64,000 nt of DNA from Escherichia coli phage AZ21: the sequence record LC788708.1; one strand, 5' to 3'. The position numbers were made by a program, and so were the translations under genes. Under the pieces are notes generated by a model. The model searched no databases. It saw only the letters and a program-made list of their open reading frames with translations, and had not been told where the DNA came from. Positions 18,461 to 28,675 of this stretch are shown in pieces. Positions within the stretch are counted from its first letter, which is position 1, and each line of letters begins with the position of its first letter.

Positions 18461-18814
18461 ATGAGCCGTACATATCGTAAACAATCGGGGAATCGTCACT
18501 GGCGTGATGCACATCGTTCTAAATTCAACTTTACTCTTGGGTACAATCGTCGTTTCTTTGCTTTGAAGGAGCCAGCAGTCCCGTATACTAGAGAAGAAGT
18601 TGAAAAGGAATTACAAGACGATATCATTAAATATGAGAAGAAGGATGGTTATAACTGGAATTCCATTAGTAAGAATGTTAAGTGGCACTCTAATAAAATG
18701 GTTCGTCAAGGGAATCGTCAAGAACTTCACCGCGTGATGAAAGATCCAGAAAATTACGACTATAATCGCGATCATGACATGCGTAAGCGTGGGTTATGGT
18801 GGTGCTATGACTAA
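18461..18814 (+). CDS. hypothetical basic protein
   Basis: ORF with GGAGG RBS. Confidence 0.5.
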   Translation: MSRTYRKQSGNRHWRDAHRSKFNFTLGYNRRFFALKEPAVPYTREEVEKELQDDIIKYEKKDGYNWNSISKNVKWHSNKMVRQGNRQELHRVMKDPENYDYNRDHDMRKRGLWWCYD

Positions 18815-18831
18815 ATTCTGAAATAATTCAT

Positions 18832-18860
18832 TTGCTAAACCTCTCTTTTCTTGCTATAAT
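18832..18860 (+). promoter_or_regulatory. T5-type early promoter
   Basis: TTGCTA-17-TATAAT. Confidence 0.65.
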
Positions 18861-18890
18861 ATGTTTATAAATTGATGAGAGAGGTTTGAA

Positions 18891-19172
18891 ATGAAAACTC
18901 GTCTAGACTGTGCTGTTCATGTTCTTGAGCATGATGTTGCGGGAACCTGTATGTCCTACCATGAAGCAGGTCGTTTAATTAAAGAACGTGTGGCAGATGT
19001 GTGCGGATTGAAGATTACTGCTGAGGAAGCTGATGATCTTTTAGGTCAAGCACTGGAGAAAACCGAAATGTTCCTCTGCGATTCTTGTTCTTGGTGGTGT
19101 GAAGCTCACGAACGTTCTTTCAACGATTATGATGTATGTCGTGATTGTAGTGGGGAGGATGAAGATGAATAA
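18891..19172 (+). CDS. Cys-rich small protein (possible zinc binding)
   Basis: CxxxC...CDSCSWWC...CRDCSG. Confidence 0.45.
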   Translation: MKTRLDCAVHVLEHDVAGTCMSYHEAGRLIKERVADVCGLKITAEEADDLLGQALEKTEMFLCDSCSWWCEAHERSFNDYDVCRDCSGEDEDE

Positions 19173-19464
19173 GTTTATTATTGCACTGATGATCTCCGCA
19201 GTTAGTTTCGGTTCTCTGGCGTCTACCAAAGTTTCTATGAAAAATGGTAATGTTAAAGTCCAACAGAACGGTATTATTACCGAGTATGGTAAAGTTCGCG
19301 ATGTTAAAGAACGTAATGGTAAAGTAGAAATCTATACTAATAAAAACTTCTCTACTCCAGCCGTTACTATTGGCAAACGTGGTGAAATAACCACTCAACG
19401 TACTAATAGTTCCAGCTCTTTTACTTGTCGTTATGATTGCGACTTTGAAGGTGAAGATGAATAA
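19159..19464 (+). CDS. secreted small protein
   Basis: Signal peptide MKMNKFIIALMISAVSFGSLA; internal start of the 19099 track ORF. Confidence 0.45.
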   Translation: MKMNKFIIALMISAVSFGSLASTKVSMKNGNVKVQQNGIITEYGKVRDVKERNGKVEIYTNKNFSTPAVTIGKRGEITTQRTNSSSSFTCRYDCDFEGEDE

Positions 19465-19852
19465 TTTAGACCCTAGAATTAAATTTGCAATTACAGAAAT
19501 CCAAGATCAAATTGATGAGGACTTCACTGTTTGGTCAAGGTCTGGTAATGGGGAATATTGCCAGCTTTATAGCATGAAAATGGGTATCTCAATTGAGCTT
19601 AATATCAACTCTGAAGGCAGAGTAGAAGCCCAACCCATGTTCAGTGTTCCAGGCTTCTCTGGATTTGTTGCAGGTATAAAATTGTGTCTACCAAATAACC
19701 ATCTTCATCGAATTATTTGTCAGCTAGAGACTATTAAGCATTTCTTGCCAGAAGATAACATTAATGACTACTACCACGAAGTTGTAGCAGCTCATATGAT
19801 GAAAGAATCTAAACGTCGGAGAGAAGAACGTGAAAAGACTAAACATCAATAG
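19433..19852 (+). CDS. hypothetical protein
   Basis: ORF. Confidence 0.45.
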   Translation: MIATLKVKMNNLDPRIKFAITEIQDQIDEDFTVWSRSGNGEYCQLYSMKMGISIELNINSEGRVEAQPMFSVPGFSGFVAGIKLCLPNNHLHRIICQLETIKHFLPEDNINDYYHEVVAAHMMKESKRRREEREKTKHQ

Positions 19853-20126
19853 CACAGTGCAGATTCCAGCAACTAAGGATGTTTTAACATTCCTACGGAG
19901 TGAAAACGCTCAGTTTTGGCATGATCATGTTGTAAAGAACGGTAGTATTCCAGATGTAGTTGCCTTTGCCAAAAAACGTATTGAAGAATATAAAGATCCA
20001 GAGATTAAAGATGGGATGATCACTATACAATTGTGGGTAGCCATGAATACGTTTGGGCCTACTATGAGTCTAGGAGTTACTCCACTGTTTACTAATATTC
20101 TAATTAAGGAAAAGGATCTGAAATGA
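19830..20126 (+). CDS. hypothetical protein
   Basis: ORF, overlapping coupled start. Confidence 0.45.
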   Translation: MKRLNINSTVQIPATKDVLTFLRSENAQFWHDHVVKNGSIPDVVAFAKKRIEEYKDPEIKDGMITIQLWVAMNTFGPTMSLGVTPLFTNILIKEKDLK

Positions 20127-20407
20127 TTATCTCTCCATTTGCTCTTTGGTTCGTCATTGGATCTATAGTAGCTATTTACAGCTTGGTTGATGATCTGTAT
20201 ATTTCTAAGAATAAAGATGTAATATTATACGTTATACATAAAACTCGACCGTTAGATCTGCCTCCTCTTGATGATAAAACATTACTCAGATGTGCTAGAT
20301 CTATGATATTTGTTGTGGATATTCTTCTAGGCCCAACATCTGTGTTTTTCTTTTATAGAAAGACTCGTAATATGAAAAAATTTAAAGCTGAAATGCAGAA
20401 TACCTAA
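20123..20407 (+). CDS. small membrane protein
   Basis: Two hydrophobic helices. Confidence 0.45.
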   Translation: MIISPFALWFVIGSIVAIYSLVDDLYISKNKDVILYVIHKTRPLDLPPLDDKTLLRCARSMIFVVDILLGPTSVFFFYRKTRNMKKFKAEMQNT

Positions 20408-20481
20408 AGAACTCGCGTAGGACCGAGTTGCGTCACCTGCAACTGTTACGGATAAGGGAGTCGTGCCCCTTAGTGCGGTAA

Positions 20482-20862
20482 GTGGTGAGGTGGCTGCTAG
20501 CCATAACTGGAGATAATATGACTATATTACTAATTCTTGTTACAACTTGGTTTTTAATAGGTGCTGGATACGCAATAGCTATTATTAGACATTTGGACGA
20601 ATACTCTGCTGAATGGTTTGTTAAATATCTACGTATTGATGATCAAGAACAGAAGTTTAAAGATGAAAAGCAGAAAAAAGCAGTAAATAATATGACAGCC
20701 AAAGAATGCTTGTTCTACATGCGTATTGTAGGGTTCTTTGGACTATTAGTTGCTGGCCCAATTGGTTCTACCATTGCTCCCTATAAAGAAACAGTTGCTG
20801 ACATCAAATTGTGGAGAAATGCAGGGGTACTACGCAAAGCTAGAGAAACTAATATTACATAA
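20482..20862 (+). CDS. membrane protein
   Basis: Hydrophobic N-terminus. Confidence 0.45.
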   Translation: MVRWLLAITGDNMTILLILVTTWFLIGAGYAIAIIRHLDEYSAEWFVKYLRIDDQEQKFKDEKQKKAVNNMTAKECLFYMRIVGFFGLLVAGPIGSTIAPYKETVADIKLWRNAGVLRKARETNIT

Positions 20863-20956
20863 GATTGATACTAAATCAACTTACTAGCAAAAGCAAATAA
20901 TGACAAAGTCCAGCCTGCACTTTTGCGACTGGGCTATTTTTATAATAAAATTTTAG

Positions 20957-20985
20957 TTGCTTAGATGCCCAAACTTTTGTATAAT
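20957..20985 (+). promoter_or_regulatory. T5-type early promoter
   Basis: TTGCTT-17-TATAAT. Confidence 0.65.
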
Positions 20986-21016
20986 ATGTTTATAGATTGA
21001 GGCAAGAGGATTAAAT

Positions 21017-21715
21017 ATGAGGATTATTTCTAAGTTCGCCGATGTGTATGATTTGCAGAACAGTTTGTTCGACCCAGATCGTGTTTGGGAACGTAAAACT
21101 GAAGAGTTGCTGGTTAAAGTAACCGATGATGCAGAAAAGAACATTGTGCATACTCGCCAGGTATTTCGTGATGGTTCGCTATCTTTCCGTGGTGATTTCG
21201 AATATTTTGTAAACCCACTATTTGTTGCAGGTGAAGTTTACTGGTTACACGAGCTGTACTGCTGGCATCCAGCATTTAGCTTCAAAACGTTTAATCTCGA
21301 CACTATGTTCGATAAAATGGAAGAGATGGGATTACATGCTCGCTCTTACTTAATGGATAAGAGTCGTGGAGATGTTCGTGAAACAGTACGTGATTTGCTC
21401 TCTGAAGCAAAACCTAAAGCAGAACGTATCTTATCCGAACTGCGTGTACCGATTGCATATGTGAAAGGTATTAAGAAGAACGATAACGATGATGTTCGTA
21501 ACTTCGTGATTCAGACTAACATTCGTTTCCATCAGTCAGGTATTCCGTGGCAGGAAATTGAAAGTAACTTATACCGTTTACACCAAGTTCTCGAACAGTA
21601 TATCTTCGGTGTACTAGGAACTGGTGAGCCTGATATGATTAAAGTATCAGATAAAGACAGGTTAGCAGCGCATGGATTTGATACAAAAACTTCTTTCAGG
21701 AATATGGCACGGTAA
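21017..21715 (+). CDS. hypothetical protein
   Basis: ORF behind promoter, AAGAGGA RBS. Confidence 0.5.
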   Translation: MRIISKFADVYDLQNSLFDPDRVWERKTEELLVKVTDDAEKNIVHTRQVFRDGSLSFRGDFEYFVNPLFVAGEVYWLHELYCWHPAFSFKTFNLDTMFDKMEEMGLHARSYLMDKSRGDVRETVRDLLSEAKPKAERILSELRVPIAYVKGIKKNDNDDVRNFVIQTNIRFHQSGIPWQEIESNLYRLHQVLEQYIFGVLGTGEPDMIKVSDKDRLAAHGFDTKTSFRNMAR

Positions 21716-22121
21716 GTGGTATATCCTGGGAGCAGGTCTAGCGATAGGCATCGGGTTCGGTGCTTATCACTTAGTAGATAAAGTGGAGACTTTAGCAGGA
21801 GATCTTGCGGTAGCTACTAAAAAGATTTCTTCTCTAGAAACTTCCCTTAATAAGGTGAAAGCTGAAAGTGAACTTCGGGAGACTCGGATGAATCAGTATT
21901 TCACGATGAATAATACTTCTCAAGCAGATCTAGACAAAAAGATTAAGCAGTTAGATAAAGCTCTTAGTCGACAAGATATTATAGCTGCAAAGCCTGGATT
22001 GGTAACATTAATTGCTAAAAAGCAGAGTAAAGAGTTCGAGGAAAGATTAGCGTGTTTAACTGGAAACTTGGAATACTGCTCGCAGCCGCAATCACAATCA
22101 CAGGCTGTGCAGAAGAAATAA
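21672..22121 (+). CDS. i-spanin-like (type II membrane, periplasmic coiled coil)
   Basis: N-terminal TM WYILGAGLAIGIGFGAY then coiled coil; next gene starts inside its 3' end. Confidence 0.55.
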   Translation: MDLIQKLLSGIWHGKWYILGAGLAIGIGFGAYHLVDKVETLAGDLAVATKKISSLETSLNKVKAESELRETRMNQYFTMNNTSQADLDKKIKQLDKALSRQDIIAAKPGLVTLIAKKQSKEFEERLACLTGNLEYCSQPQSQSQAVQKK

Positions 22122-22405
22122 AACCAGAGCCATCTCATGAGTTAAAGCAAGCTCATGTAGACTGGCCTAAAGGACTTCAACCTTGTAGCTTTGACTTTAA
22201 GTTTGAAAAGAAATTAGCTACAAATGGAGAAGATGGCGTAGTAGTTGTTGTACCATACAAAGATTGGAATGCAAAAGCAAAATGTGAGGAAGCAGTTTAC
22301 TCTTACATTTCACGACTGACTGGTATGGTTTGCTTCTATCGCCAAGATTTACAAGAAAAACGTTGCTTAGTTTACTATCCACCAATTAACAATAGGAAAG
22401 ATTAA
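22052..22405 (+). CDS. o-spanin-like outer-membrane lipoprotein
   Basis: Lipobox ITGC after signal peptide; overlaps i-spanin 3' end. Confidence 0.55.
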   Translation: MFNWKLGILLAAAITITGCAEEIKPEPSHELKQAHVDWPKGLQPCSFDFKFEKKLATNGEDGVVVVVPYKDWNAKAKCEEAVYSYISRLTGMVCFYRQDLQEKRCLVYYPPINNRKD

Positions 22406-23157
22406 TGTCAGTATTAGTCGGTTTACATGGTGAAGCTGGTTCGGGAAAAGATACCGTTGCAAAATTAATTATCGATTGGTGTAATGACACGTATCCAACG
22501 TGTTTATCCCGTCGTTATAGTTTTGCTAAGCCCGTTTATGAACTTGCATCCGTAATCCTCGGTGTAACTCCGGAGTTTCTAGGAGAGCGCAGGGGAAAAG
22601 AGATTGACCAATGGTTTACTGTCACACAATCTCAATTGGAGCGAGCCAGAGATGTGTGGTTTAAGTACGGTATCGATAAGTTTGAAGACTTCTCGTACAT
22701 TTGGCCTATTTTTGAGGAAAAGTATCTTAATCCTCAACAACTTATCTCAGAGAATAAAGAAGACGGATTTTATAGTTTATTTATTTCTCCGAGAAAAATG
22801 TTACAGCTCGTAGGGACAGAGCTAGGAAGGCAGCTGGTGCATGAACGCATTTGGCTCATAATTCTGGAGCAATCCATCGCTAAAGACGACCCAGATGTCG
22901 CCGTAATAACAGATGTTAGATTCCCCAATGAAGGAGAGTTACTCAGAGAAACAAACCATTTAGATATGGATTCTTTGATAGTAAATGTAGTACCCGCTGA
23001 GCAGAAGTTCACTATTAAATCAGATCATCCATCTGAAAGTGGTATTCCTGCAAAATATATTACTCACGAATTAGTTAATAAATTCGATGGTATCAATAAC
23101 CTTAAACTAGAAGTTTATAACTTCTGTGACTTAGAGCTAGAACCACTAGTTGGATAA
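22405..23157 (+). CDS. dnk: deoxynucleoside monophosphate kinase
   Basis: P-loop GLHGEAGSGKDT at N-terminus; 250 aa. Confidence 0.7.
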   Translation: MSVLVGLHGEAGSGKDTVAKLIIDWCNDTYPTCLSRRYSFAKPVYELASVILGVTPEFLGERRGKEIDQWFTVTQSQLERARDVWFKYGIDKFEDFSYIWPIFEEKYLNPQQLISENKEDGFYSLFISPRKMLQLVGTELGRQLVHERIWLIILEQSIAKDDPDVAVITDVRFPNEGELLRETNHLDMDSLIVNVVPAEQKFTIKSDHPSESGIPAKYITHELVNKFDGINNLKLEVYNFCDLELEPLVG

Positions 23158-23169
23158 TCAAGGATCGCT

Positions 23170-23769
23170 ATGACTAATAAAAAAGAAGAAAAGACTAACC
23201 TGTTTCACTCCATTCGCCAATCTAACGAGTATACCTTTTTCTTTGATGAAGAATTAGGCCCGCCTGATGAATACCGTGATTTATCAATGGTACTTATGCA
23301 GGCAAATGAGGACGACGAAATTAATCTGATGATTAATGGCCCAGGTGGTTATGTTGATACTGCTGCACAGTTAGCTAACTTAATTGCTAATTGCCGTGGA
23401 ACAGTTATAGGGCATCTGATTGGTCCTAGTGCTTCTGCTTACTGCACAATTTTCCTATCCTGTCATGGATGGGTAGTACATCCACATGCTACGTTAATGG
23501 GACACACGTTCTCTGGCGGATTCTGTGAGAAAGGTCAGGAAATCAAGAAAGCCTATGAATCTTACAACAAGTTTGTAGAAGATATGATGCTAGATGTCTA
23601 CTATCCCTTTTTCTCAATAGATGAAATCGACGAGATGGTAAAAGACAACAAAAATATCTATCTAGATAGCAAGGAAATCCATAAGCGTATTGAAATCTTG
23701 GCGAAATATCGATCTGAGCAATATAATAAAGCCCAGTTACCTCAATCCGAGGAGTACAACGAAGAGTAA
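23170..23769 (+). CDS. ClpP/SppA-like serine peptidase-fold protein
   Basis: INGPGGYVDTAAQLANLI...GPSASAYCTIF pattern resembles ClpP-family fold. Confidence 0.5.
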   Translation: MTNKKEEKTNLFHSIRQSNEYTFFFDEELGPPDEYRDLSMVLMQANEDDEINLMINGPGGYVDTAAQLANLIANCRGTVIGHLIGPSASAYCTIFLSCHGWVVHPHATLMGHTFSGGFCEKGQEIKKAYESYNKFVEDMMLDVYYPFFSIDEIDEMVKDNKNIYLDSKEIHKRIEILAKYRSEQYNKAQLPQSEEYNEE

Positions 23770-23777
23770 GTAATTTT

Positions 23778-23810
23778 AAGCCAGGGTTTAACGACCCTGG
23801 CTTTTCTTTT
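23778..23810 (+). terminator. rho-independent terminator
   Basis: AAGCCAGGG..CCCTGGCTT then TTTCTTTT. Confidence 0.75.
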
Positions 23811-23925
23811 ATCTAAAATTCTTCTTGACAACGACAAAATTTTGTGCTCCAAAGAAAATCTTTAAAAACACATTGTAATTTTCCTCCAAAATTAGTATAA
23901 TGGTACTGGTTAGAGGAGGTTACAA

Positions 23926-24582
23926 TTGGAAAAGTTCTTACAATTATTAACGGTACTGCTCCAAGAAGCGAAAGATCCAGCATCGCTTCTTAAACGTCTG
24001 CTAACTATCTTAGTTGCTGTCATTATTTTCTTATTTGTTAGTAATACTAGCGAGGTGATGTCATTCTTAAAGACTTTCTCCACGTCTGCGGTTCTACAGG
24101 ATGTTCAAACTCAAAGGATAGATAACTTTCCTAATGTAGCTAGAGAAAAGAGCATGGTACTCTTTTCTCAAACGGGTGCGGATGCTGTTTTTGTAGTCAA
24201 GTATAAACCCGATGCCATTAATGATTATTCTAACATTATTGCATGGGAAAGCAATGCGCAATTAGATAGGGCTGACTTGGCCGATAAAGCAGTAAATAAA
24301 ACGTCTGAGCTATACAGACGTCACTTAGAGGGCTTTAACTACGCATCGGATTTAAGTGTAAGAGTAAATAAATATACGGGGTTAAATATACCTGCGTTTA
24401 AGAACGTTACTTTTAATTACATATACACTTGTCCATATTTCAATCTAAACAATATCTATGCTGGATATATTGGTATTGCTTGGAAAGATAATCCTGTAGA
24501 TGCAGCCGATTCTGAGAGATTTAAGGAATATTTAACAAAGCTCTGTTCTCCACAACAGAGATCTTTAGGTAGATCAATATGA
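23926..24582 (+). CDS. holin-like membrane protein (TTG start)
   Basis: 218 aa, N-terminal TM, directly upstream of endolysin, GAGGAGG RBS. Confidence 0.5.
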   Translation: MEKFLQLLTVLLQEAKDPASLLKRLLTILVAVIIFLFVSNTSEVMSFLKTFSTSAVLQDVQTQRIDNFPNVAREKSMVLFSQTGADAVFVVKYKPDAINDYSNIIAWESNAQLDRADLADKAVNKTSELYRRHLEGFNYASDLSVRVNKYTGLNIPAFKNVTFNYIYTCPYFNLNNIYAGYIGIAWKDNPVDAADSERFKEYLTKLCSPQQRSLGRSI

Positions 24583-24992
24583 GTTTTAAATTTGGTAAAA
24601 ATAGCGAAAAACAATTAGCTACCGTTAAGCCAGAGCTACAAAAAGTAGCTCGTAGAGCGTTAGAATTATCCCCATATGATTTCACAATCGTACAGGGTAT
24701 TCGTACAGTAGCACAAAGTGCCCAGAATATTGCTAATGGTACTTCATTTTTAAAAGATCCTAGTAAAAGCAAGCATATTACTGGGGATGCGCTTGATTTT
24801 GCTCCATATATTAATGGCAAAATTGATTGGAATGACTTAGAAGCATTTTGGGCGGTTAAAAAGGCTTTTGAACAAGCGGGTAAAGAACTAGGTATTAAAC
24901 TTCGTTTTGGTGCTGATTGGAATAATTCTGGAGACTATCACGATGAAATAAAACGTGGTACCTATGATGGCGGTCATGTCGAACTAGTTTAA
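24579..24992 (+). CDS. lys: endolysin, L-alanyl-D-glutamate peptidase (M15-like zinc peptidase)
   Basis: 137 aa; KHITGDALDF...DGGHVE zinc-binding H..D..H pattern. Confidence 0.8.
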   Translation: MSFKFGKNSEKQLATVKPELQKVARRALELSPYDFTIVQGIRTVAQSAQNIANGTSFLKDPSKSKHITGDALDFAPYINGKIDWNDLEAFWAVKKAFEQAGKELGIKLRFGADWNNSGDYHDEIKRGTYDGGHVELV

Positions 24993-25002
24993 TTAATAAT
25001 TG

Positions 25003-25028
25003 AGGCGGGAATATTCCCGCCTTTTTAG
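25003..25028 (+). terminator. rho-independent terminator
   Basis: GAGGCGGG-AATATT-CCCGCC then TTTTT. Confidence 0.75.
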
Positions 25029-25069
25029 GCAAAGGGGGCTTTAATAATTTTTGAAGATAGGAGAAAGCC

Positions 25070-25486
25070 ATGTTTGCAGAACTATTCACTATGATGCTGC
25101 TAAGTATCTGGAAAATAAGTCTAGTAGTATTCGTTTTAATGATAGTCTTTACTATCCTTGCATTAACTACCCGAAATAGCTTATTAATAAAGGTTATTCA
25201 CGGACTAGAGTATATAATTATGGGTTCATTCGGCGTTTGTAAATGCAATTGCCATAGAGATACGAAATATTGTTGGTTATGGATGGAACTAGAGAATCCT
25301 ATATCCATAGCTTTGGCTGTTTCATTCGGCATGATTCTTATGGCCCTTACTCTAGCATTAATACCTTTGATGTTAGCTGGGGGAGTTACAGCGTATTTCA
25401 CCCTTTTCTCCCCGATACTTATGTACTCAATTTACCCGATAACTATGTATCTAGTTAGGAAAAGATTTATCCATGCAGTAGATTAA
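25070..25486 (+). CDS. multi-pass membrane protein
   Basis: Four hydrophobic segments. Confidence 0.45.
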   Translation: MFAELFTMMLLSIWKISLVVFVLMIVFTILALTTRNSLLIKVIHGLEYIIMGSFGVCKCNCHRDTKYCWLWMELENPISIALAVSFGMILMALTLALIPLMLAGGVTAYFTLFSPILMYSIYPITMYLVRKRFIHAVD

Positions 25487-25499
25487 GATAAAAAAGTAG

Positions 25500-25528
25500 T
25501 TGACTTTTAGCCCTACTTATTATATAAT
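25500..25528 (+). promoter_or_regulatory. sigma70 promoter TTGACT-17-TATAAT
   Basis: Near-consensus hexamers, CATAAATTAG follows. Confidence 0.65.
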
Positions 25529-25563
25529 ATATACATAAATTAGTTAAGAGAGGTATATATATT

Positions 25564-25992
25564 ATGTCTGATCGTTTCTATACTCAAATGGCGGAACATT
25601 TTCGTATACCACATTACGAGCTAAACATTGCACTCCGTGATCATGACTCTCCTGAGTACAAAAAGCTCGAAAAGAAAGCGGAAAAATCTATTGATACAAA
25701 GGTAGGTGCATCTATGTCTAAGGGCAAAAAGTTAACTCGTCTTGATCTTAATAAAATTTTAACTGAACTTTTGGGTACTGATATTGAAGGTGCTAAATTA
25801 CCGCTTCTTGTACTAGAGACTATGATTAAAAAGGTCAAAAATAAAGAATATAAGAAGGTAGAAGTCCCGGAAGGCAGATTAAAAGCTCCTTATCAGGAAG
25901 CATTAACCGAGTGTTTGGGTGTAAATCTTGATCTGAGCACCGCAACCGTAAAAACTATGAAAAACTTCTTAGAGGCCATTAATAAATTGTGA
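25564..25992 (+). CDS. hypothetical protein
   Basis: ORF with AGAGAGG RBS. Confidence 0.45.
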   Translation: MSDRFYTQMAEHFRIPHYELNIALRDHDSPEYKKLEKKAEKSIDTKVGASMSKGKKLTRLDLNKILTELLGTDIEGAKLPLLVLETMIKKVKNKEYKKVEVPEGRLKAPYQEALTECLGVNLDLSTATVKTMKNFLEAINKL

Positions 25993-26495
25993 TTACTAGG
26001 GAAAGATTATTAGAGGTACTAGAGTATCACGAAGATGGTACTCTAACCTGGAAACCTAGACCAGAAGGTACAAGAGGTTGGAATACCAGCCTTAACAATA
26101 TGCCTGCTGGGTCTATTAATGCTGATGGCTATCTAATGCTCTCTATTGATAGAGAACGAATACTTGCGCATAGGGCAATCTTCTTTATGCACAAAGGCTA
26201 TTTACCTGATATAGTAGATCATGATGATACCAATACTCTAGATAATCGTATTGGTAACTTAAGAGAAGCTACAAAAGCTCAAAATGCTTTTAATAGGAAA
26301 TCGGCTAATAAAAATAACCTATTGGGATTAAAAAATATATCTCAAAGAGGGAAGTCTTTTAGAGTAAAAATCTCTAGGGCAGGAATCAATTATATGAAAA
26401 CGTGCAGTTCTTTGGAAGAAGCAATTGCATGGAGAGATGAAAAACTAGAAGAACTCCACGGTGAGTTTGCCAGCAAAGGAAATAAAAATGTCTAA
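25989..26495 (+). CDS. HNH homing-endonuclease-like protein
   Basis: HRAIFFMHKGYLPDIVDHDDTNTLDNRIGNLREATKAQN motif (HNH_3 type). Confidence 0.7.
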   Translation: MITRERLLEVLEYHEDGTLTWKPRPEGTRGWNTSLNNMPAGSINADGYLMLSIDRERILAHRAIFFMHKGYLPDIVDHDDTNTLDNRIGNLREATKAQNAFNRKSANKNNLLGLKNISQRGKSFRVKISRAGINYMKTCSSLEEAIAWRDEKLEELHGEFASKGNKNV

Positions 26496-26778
26496 ATTAG
26501 TCTATCTATTAAAAGGTTCCACCTGTAACCCGTGTAAACTTTTCGAGCCAGTATTTGATAAAGTAGTCAGTGACTATAATTTGGAAATCCATAAAGAGAC
26601 TGATAATACAGAATTAATGCAGAAATTTGGTGTGCGCCAAGTTCCTGTAGTAGTTCTGGCGGATCGCTTACCTAATGGTCGAGTAGAAGCTAATCATATT
26701 CTGATTGGACGTCAGCTTCGTAAAGAAACTATGCACGAAGCTATTAAAAATTTCCTGGATGATAATCCAGAGGACTAA
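26461..26778 (+). CDS. thioredoxin/glutaredoxin-like protein
   Basis: CNPC active-site CxxC in a thioredoxin-fold context. Confidence 0.55.
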   Translation: MSLPAKEIKMSKLVYLLKGSTCNPCKLFEPVFDKVVSDYNLEIHKETDNTELMQKFGVRQVPVVVLADRLPNGRVEANHILIGRQLRKETMHEAIKNFLDDNPED

Positions 26779-26783
26779 TAAAC

Positions 26784-26816
26784 AAAGCCTGATTTTAGCT
26801 GATCAGGCTTTTATTT
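26784..26816 (+). terminator. rho-independent terminator
   Basis: AAGCCTGAT..ATCAGGCTT then TTTATTTT. Confidence 0.75.
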
Positions 26817-26819
26817 TAC

Positions 26820-26848
26820 TTGCTTTTTGCTAAAAATTTTGGTATAAT
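26820..26848 (+). promoter_or_regulatory. T5-type early promoter
   Basis: TTGCTT-17-TATAAT. Confidence 0.65.
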
Positions 26849-26875
26849 ACTTATATAAATTGATTGGAGGATTAA

Positions 26876-27121
26876 ATGTTAGCGGAACAAGCAAAACGTT
26901 TAGCTAGAATAAATAGAGCTGCACTCCTTAAGAGCAAGAAGAAAACGTATAAGTATGTTAAAAAGAGAATAGTTTCTTCTGTAGGGATTGGAAGTTCTTT
27001 TGTACAGTTTAATCGTGATGAAATTAGTTATGAAGTTATAAAAGCCCTCTATAAAGAGGGTTATACTCTCCAACTATCTAATGATTATGGCACAACTATT
27101 TTAACTGTTATTTGGGAATAA
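26876..27121 (+). CDS. small basic protein
   Basis: ORF with GGAGG RBS. Confidence 0.45.
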   Translation: MLAEQAKRLARINRAALLKSKKKTYKYVKKRIVSSVGIGSSFVQFNRDEISYEVIKALYKEGYTLQLSNDYGTTILTVIWE

Positions 27122-27123
27122 TT

Positions 27124-27987
27124 ATGAAAAAAGAATTTAATGTACATAAAACTCTAGTAGTGCCTGATGATGCCAACTTGTTTTTCGTTGGTGATATTCA
27201 TGGATGCAATGATTTGCTAGAAGATGCGTTGAAGTTAGCTGGGTATAATAGCAAAAAAGATTGCGTAGTATGTGTCGGAGACTTAATAGACCGAGGCACA
27301 CAAAACCTACAAGTTTTAGCCAAATTCCTGTATAATCCACGTTTTATCAGTGTACGTGGTAATCATGACCAATTTATGATTGTAGGAGATTGGGCTAATT
27401 GGATGTATAATGGTGGTATGTGGGCTATGAATGAACTAGATGCAGACACCATTAAAAATATTGCCGAAGATATGGCTGAAAAAATGCCAGTATTCCTAAC
27501 TGTTAGACATCGTGGTAAGAAGTTTGGTGTTGTTCATGGTGGTGTACCTTTTACGTACAAAGAATGTGGTAATGAAGTAGAAACCCCAGTATGGGATAAT
27601 CTTATTGCACAAATAGAAGCAGCTAAGGAAAACCCACATGACCATCCTGAATACCATATTGAACCATATTTATGGGATCGAGATGTAATCCAAGAAATAG
27701 GCTTCTACTTGTCCAAAAATGGTGAGGAACACCCGTATTTCCAGCGTTATGCAGGATTTAAAGAAAAATACATGGTAGAAGTGCCAGAAGTTAAAGGTGT
27801 AGATTTCGTGTTTCACGGACATACTGGAGTTCCTTACCCACTTCTTTATAAGAACCGTGTTTATCTTGATACTGGCGGTGTTTTCAACGGGCAGTTGACG
27901 GTTGCGCAAGTTAACGATGAAACTGGCAAAATCACCACATTTACCACAGATAAAAATAATAGCTGCGGTGTACAGAGGATTCTTTAA
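27124..27987 (+). CDS. Ser/Thr protein phosphatase (calcineurin-like, lambda-PPase type)
   Basis: GDIHG...GDLIDRG...GNHD metallophosphatase motifs. Confidence 0.8.
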   Translation: MKKEFNVHKTLVVPDDANLFFVGDIHGCNDLLEDALKLAGYNSKKDCVVCVGDLIDRGTQNLQVLAKFLYNPRFISVRGNHDQFMIVGDWANWMYNGGMWAMNELDADTIKNIAEDMAEKMPVFLTVRHRGKKFGVVHGGVPFTYKECGNEVETPVWDNLIAQIEAAKENPHDHPEYHIEPYLWDRDVIQEIGFYLSKNGEEHPYFQRYAGFKEKYMVEVPEVKGVDFVFHGHTGVPYPLLYKNRVYLDTGGVFNGQLTVAQVNDETGKITTFTTDKNNSCGVQRIL

Positions 27988-28508
27988 TGAAAGTTCGCTT
28001 TTGGAGTGATCTCCACTTGGGGCATGCAAATATTACTAAATTCAGACCAATCTTCTCTACTATGGAAGAGCATGATGAATTTATTATGGATACTATTACA
28101 TCTATGAAAGATAAGCGTACAGTATTCTATATTTTAGGAGACGCATTTGTATCTAGAAATGGTTTGGAGAAGTTCGAAAAACTCTTTGGCAATGTTAGAA
28201 CTACGTTAGTTTTGGGAAACCACGACTTAGAACGAGAAGGATTATCTTTCAAAGACTTAATAGGGGTTGTAGATAATGTACAATCACTAGTTAAATATAA
28301 AAACTTCTGGCTTTCCCATGCTCCAGTGCACCCTGGGGAGCTGAGGGGTAAAAAGAACCTACATGGACATACTCACTTTGAGTTAATGGGAGACCCTCGT
28401 TATATTAACGTTTGTATCGAGTATGCAAAATCTCCAGTACGCCTGGAAGACATCATGAGTGGTAAGTACACTTCACATGATAAAACTAGCTGGATGTTAA
28501 ATGTCTGA
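27987..28508 (+). CDS. second calcineurin-like metallophosphoesterase
   Basis: DLHLGH...GDAF...GNHD...GHTH motifs. Confidence 0.7.
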   Translation: MKVRFWSDLHLGHANITKFRPIFSTMEEHDEFIMDTITSMKDKRTVFYILGDAFVSRNGLEKFEKLFGNVRTTLVLGNHDLEREGLSFKDLIGVVDNVQSLVKYKNFWLSHAPVHPGELRGKKNLHGHTHFELMGDPRYINVCIEYAKSPVRLEDIMSGKYTSHDKTSWMLNV

Positions 28509-28616
28509 GTATATAGCTGAGGGTATTATTAAACGAATCATACAAGCGATAGCAATACTTATAATCATTTGTATTGCTATTGGTGCGGGATTAGGCATTT
28601 TAATTAAAAGTTTTAT

Positions 28617-28645
28617 TTGCTAAAATGCTTAAGTTTCTGTATAAT
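28617..28645 (+). promoter_or_regulatory. T5-type early promoter
   Basis: TTGCTA-17-TATAAT. Confidence 0.65.
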
Positions 28646-28675
28646 TACTTTATAAATTGATGAGAAGGAATCAAA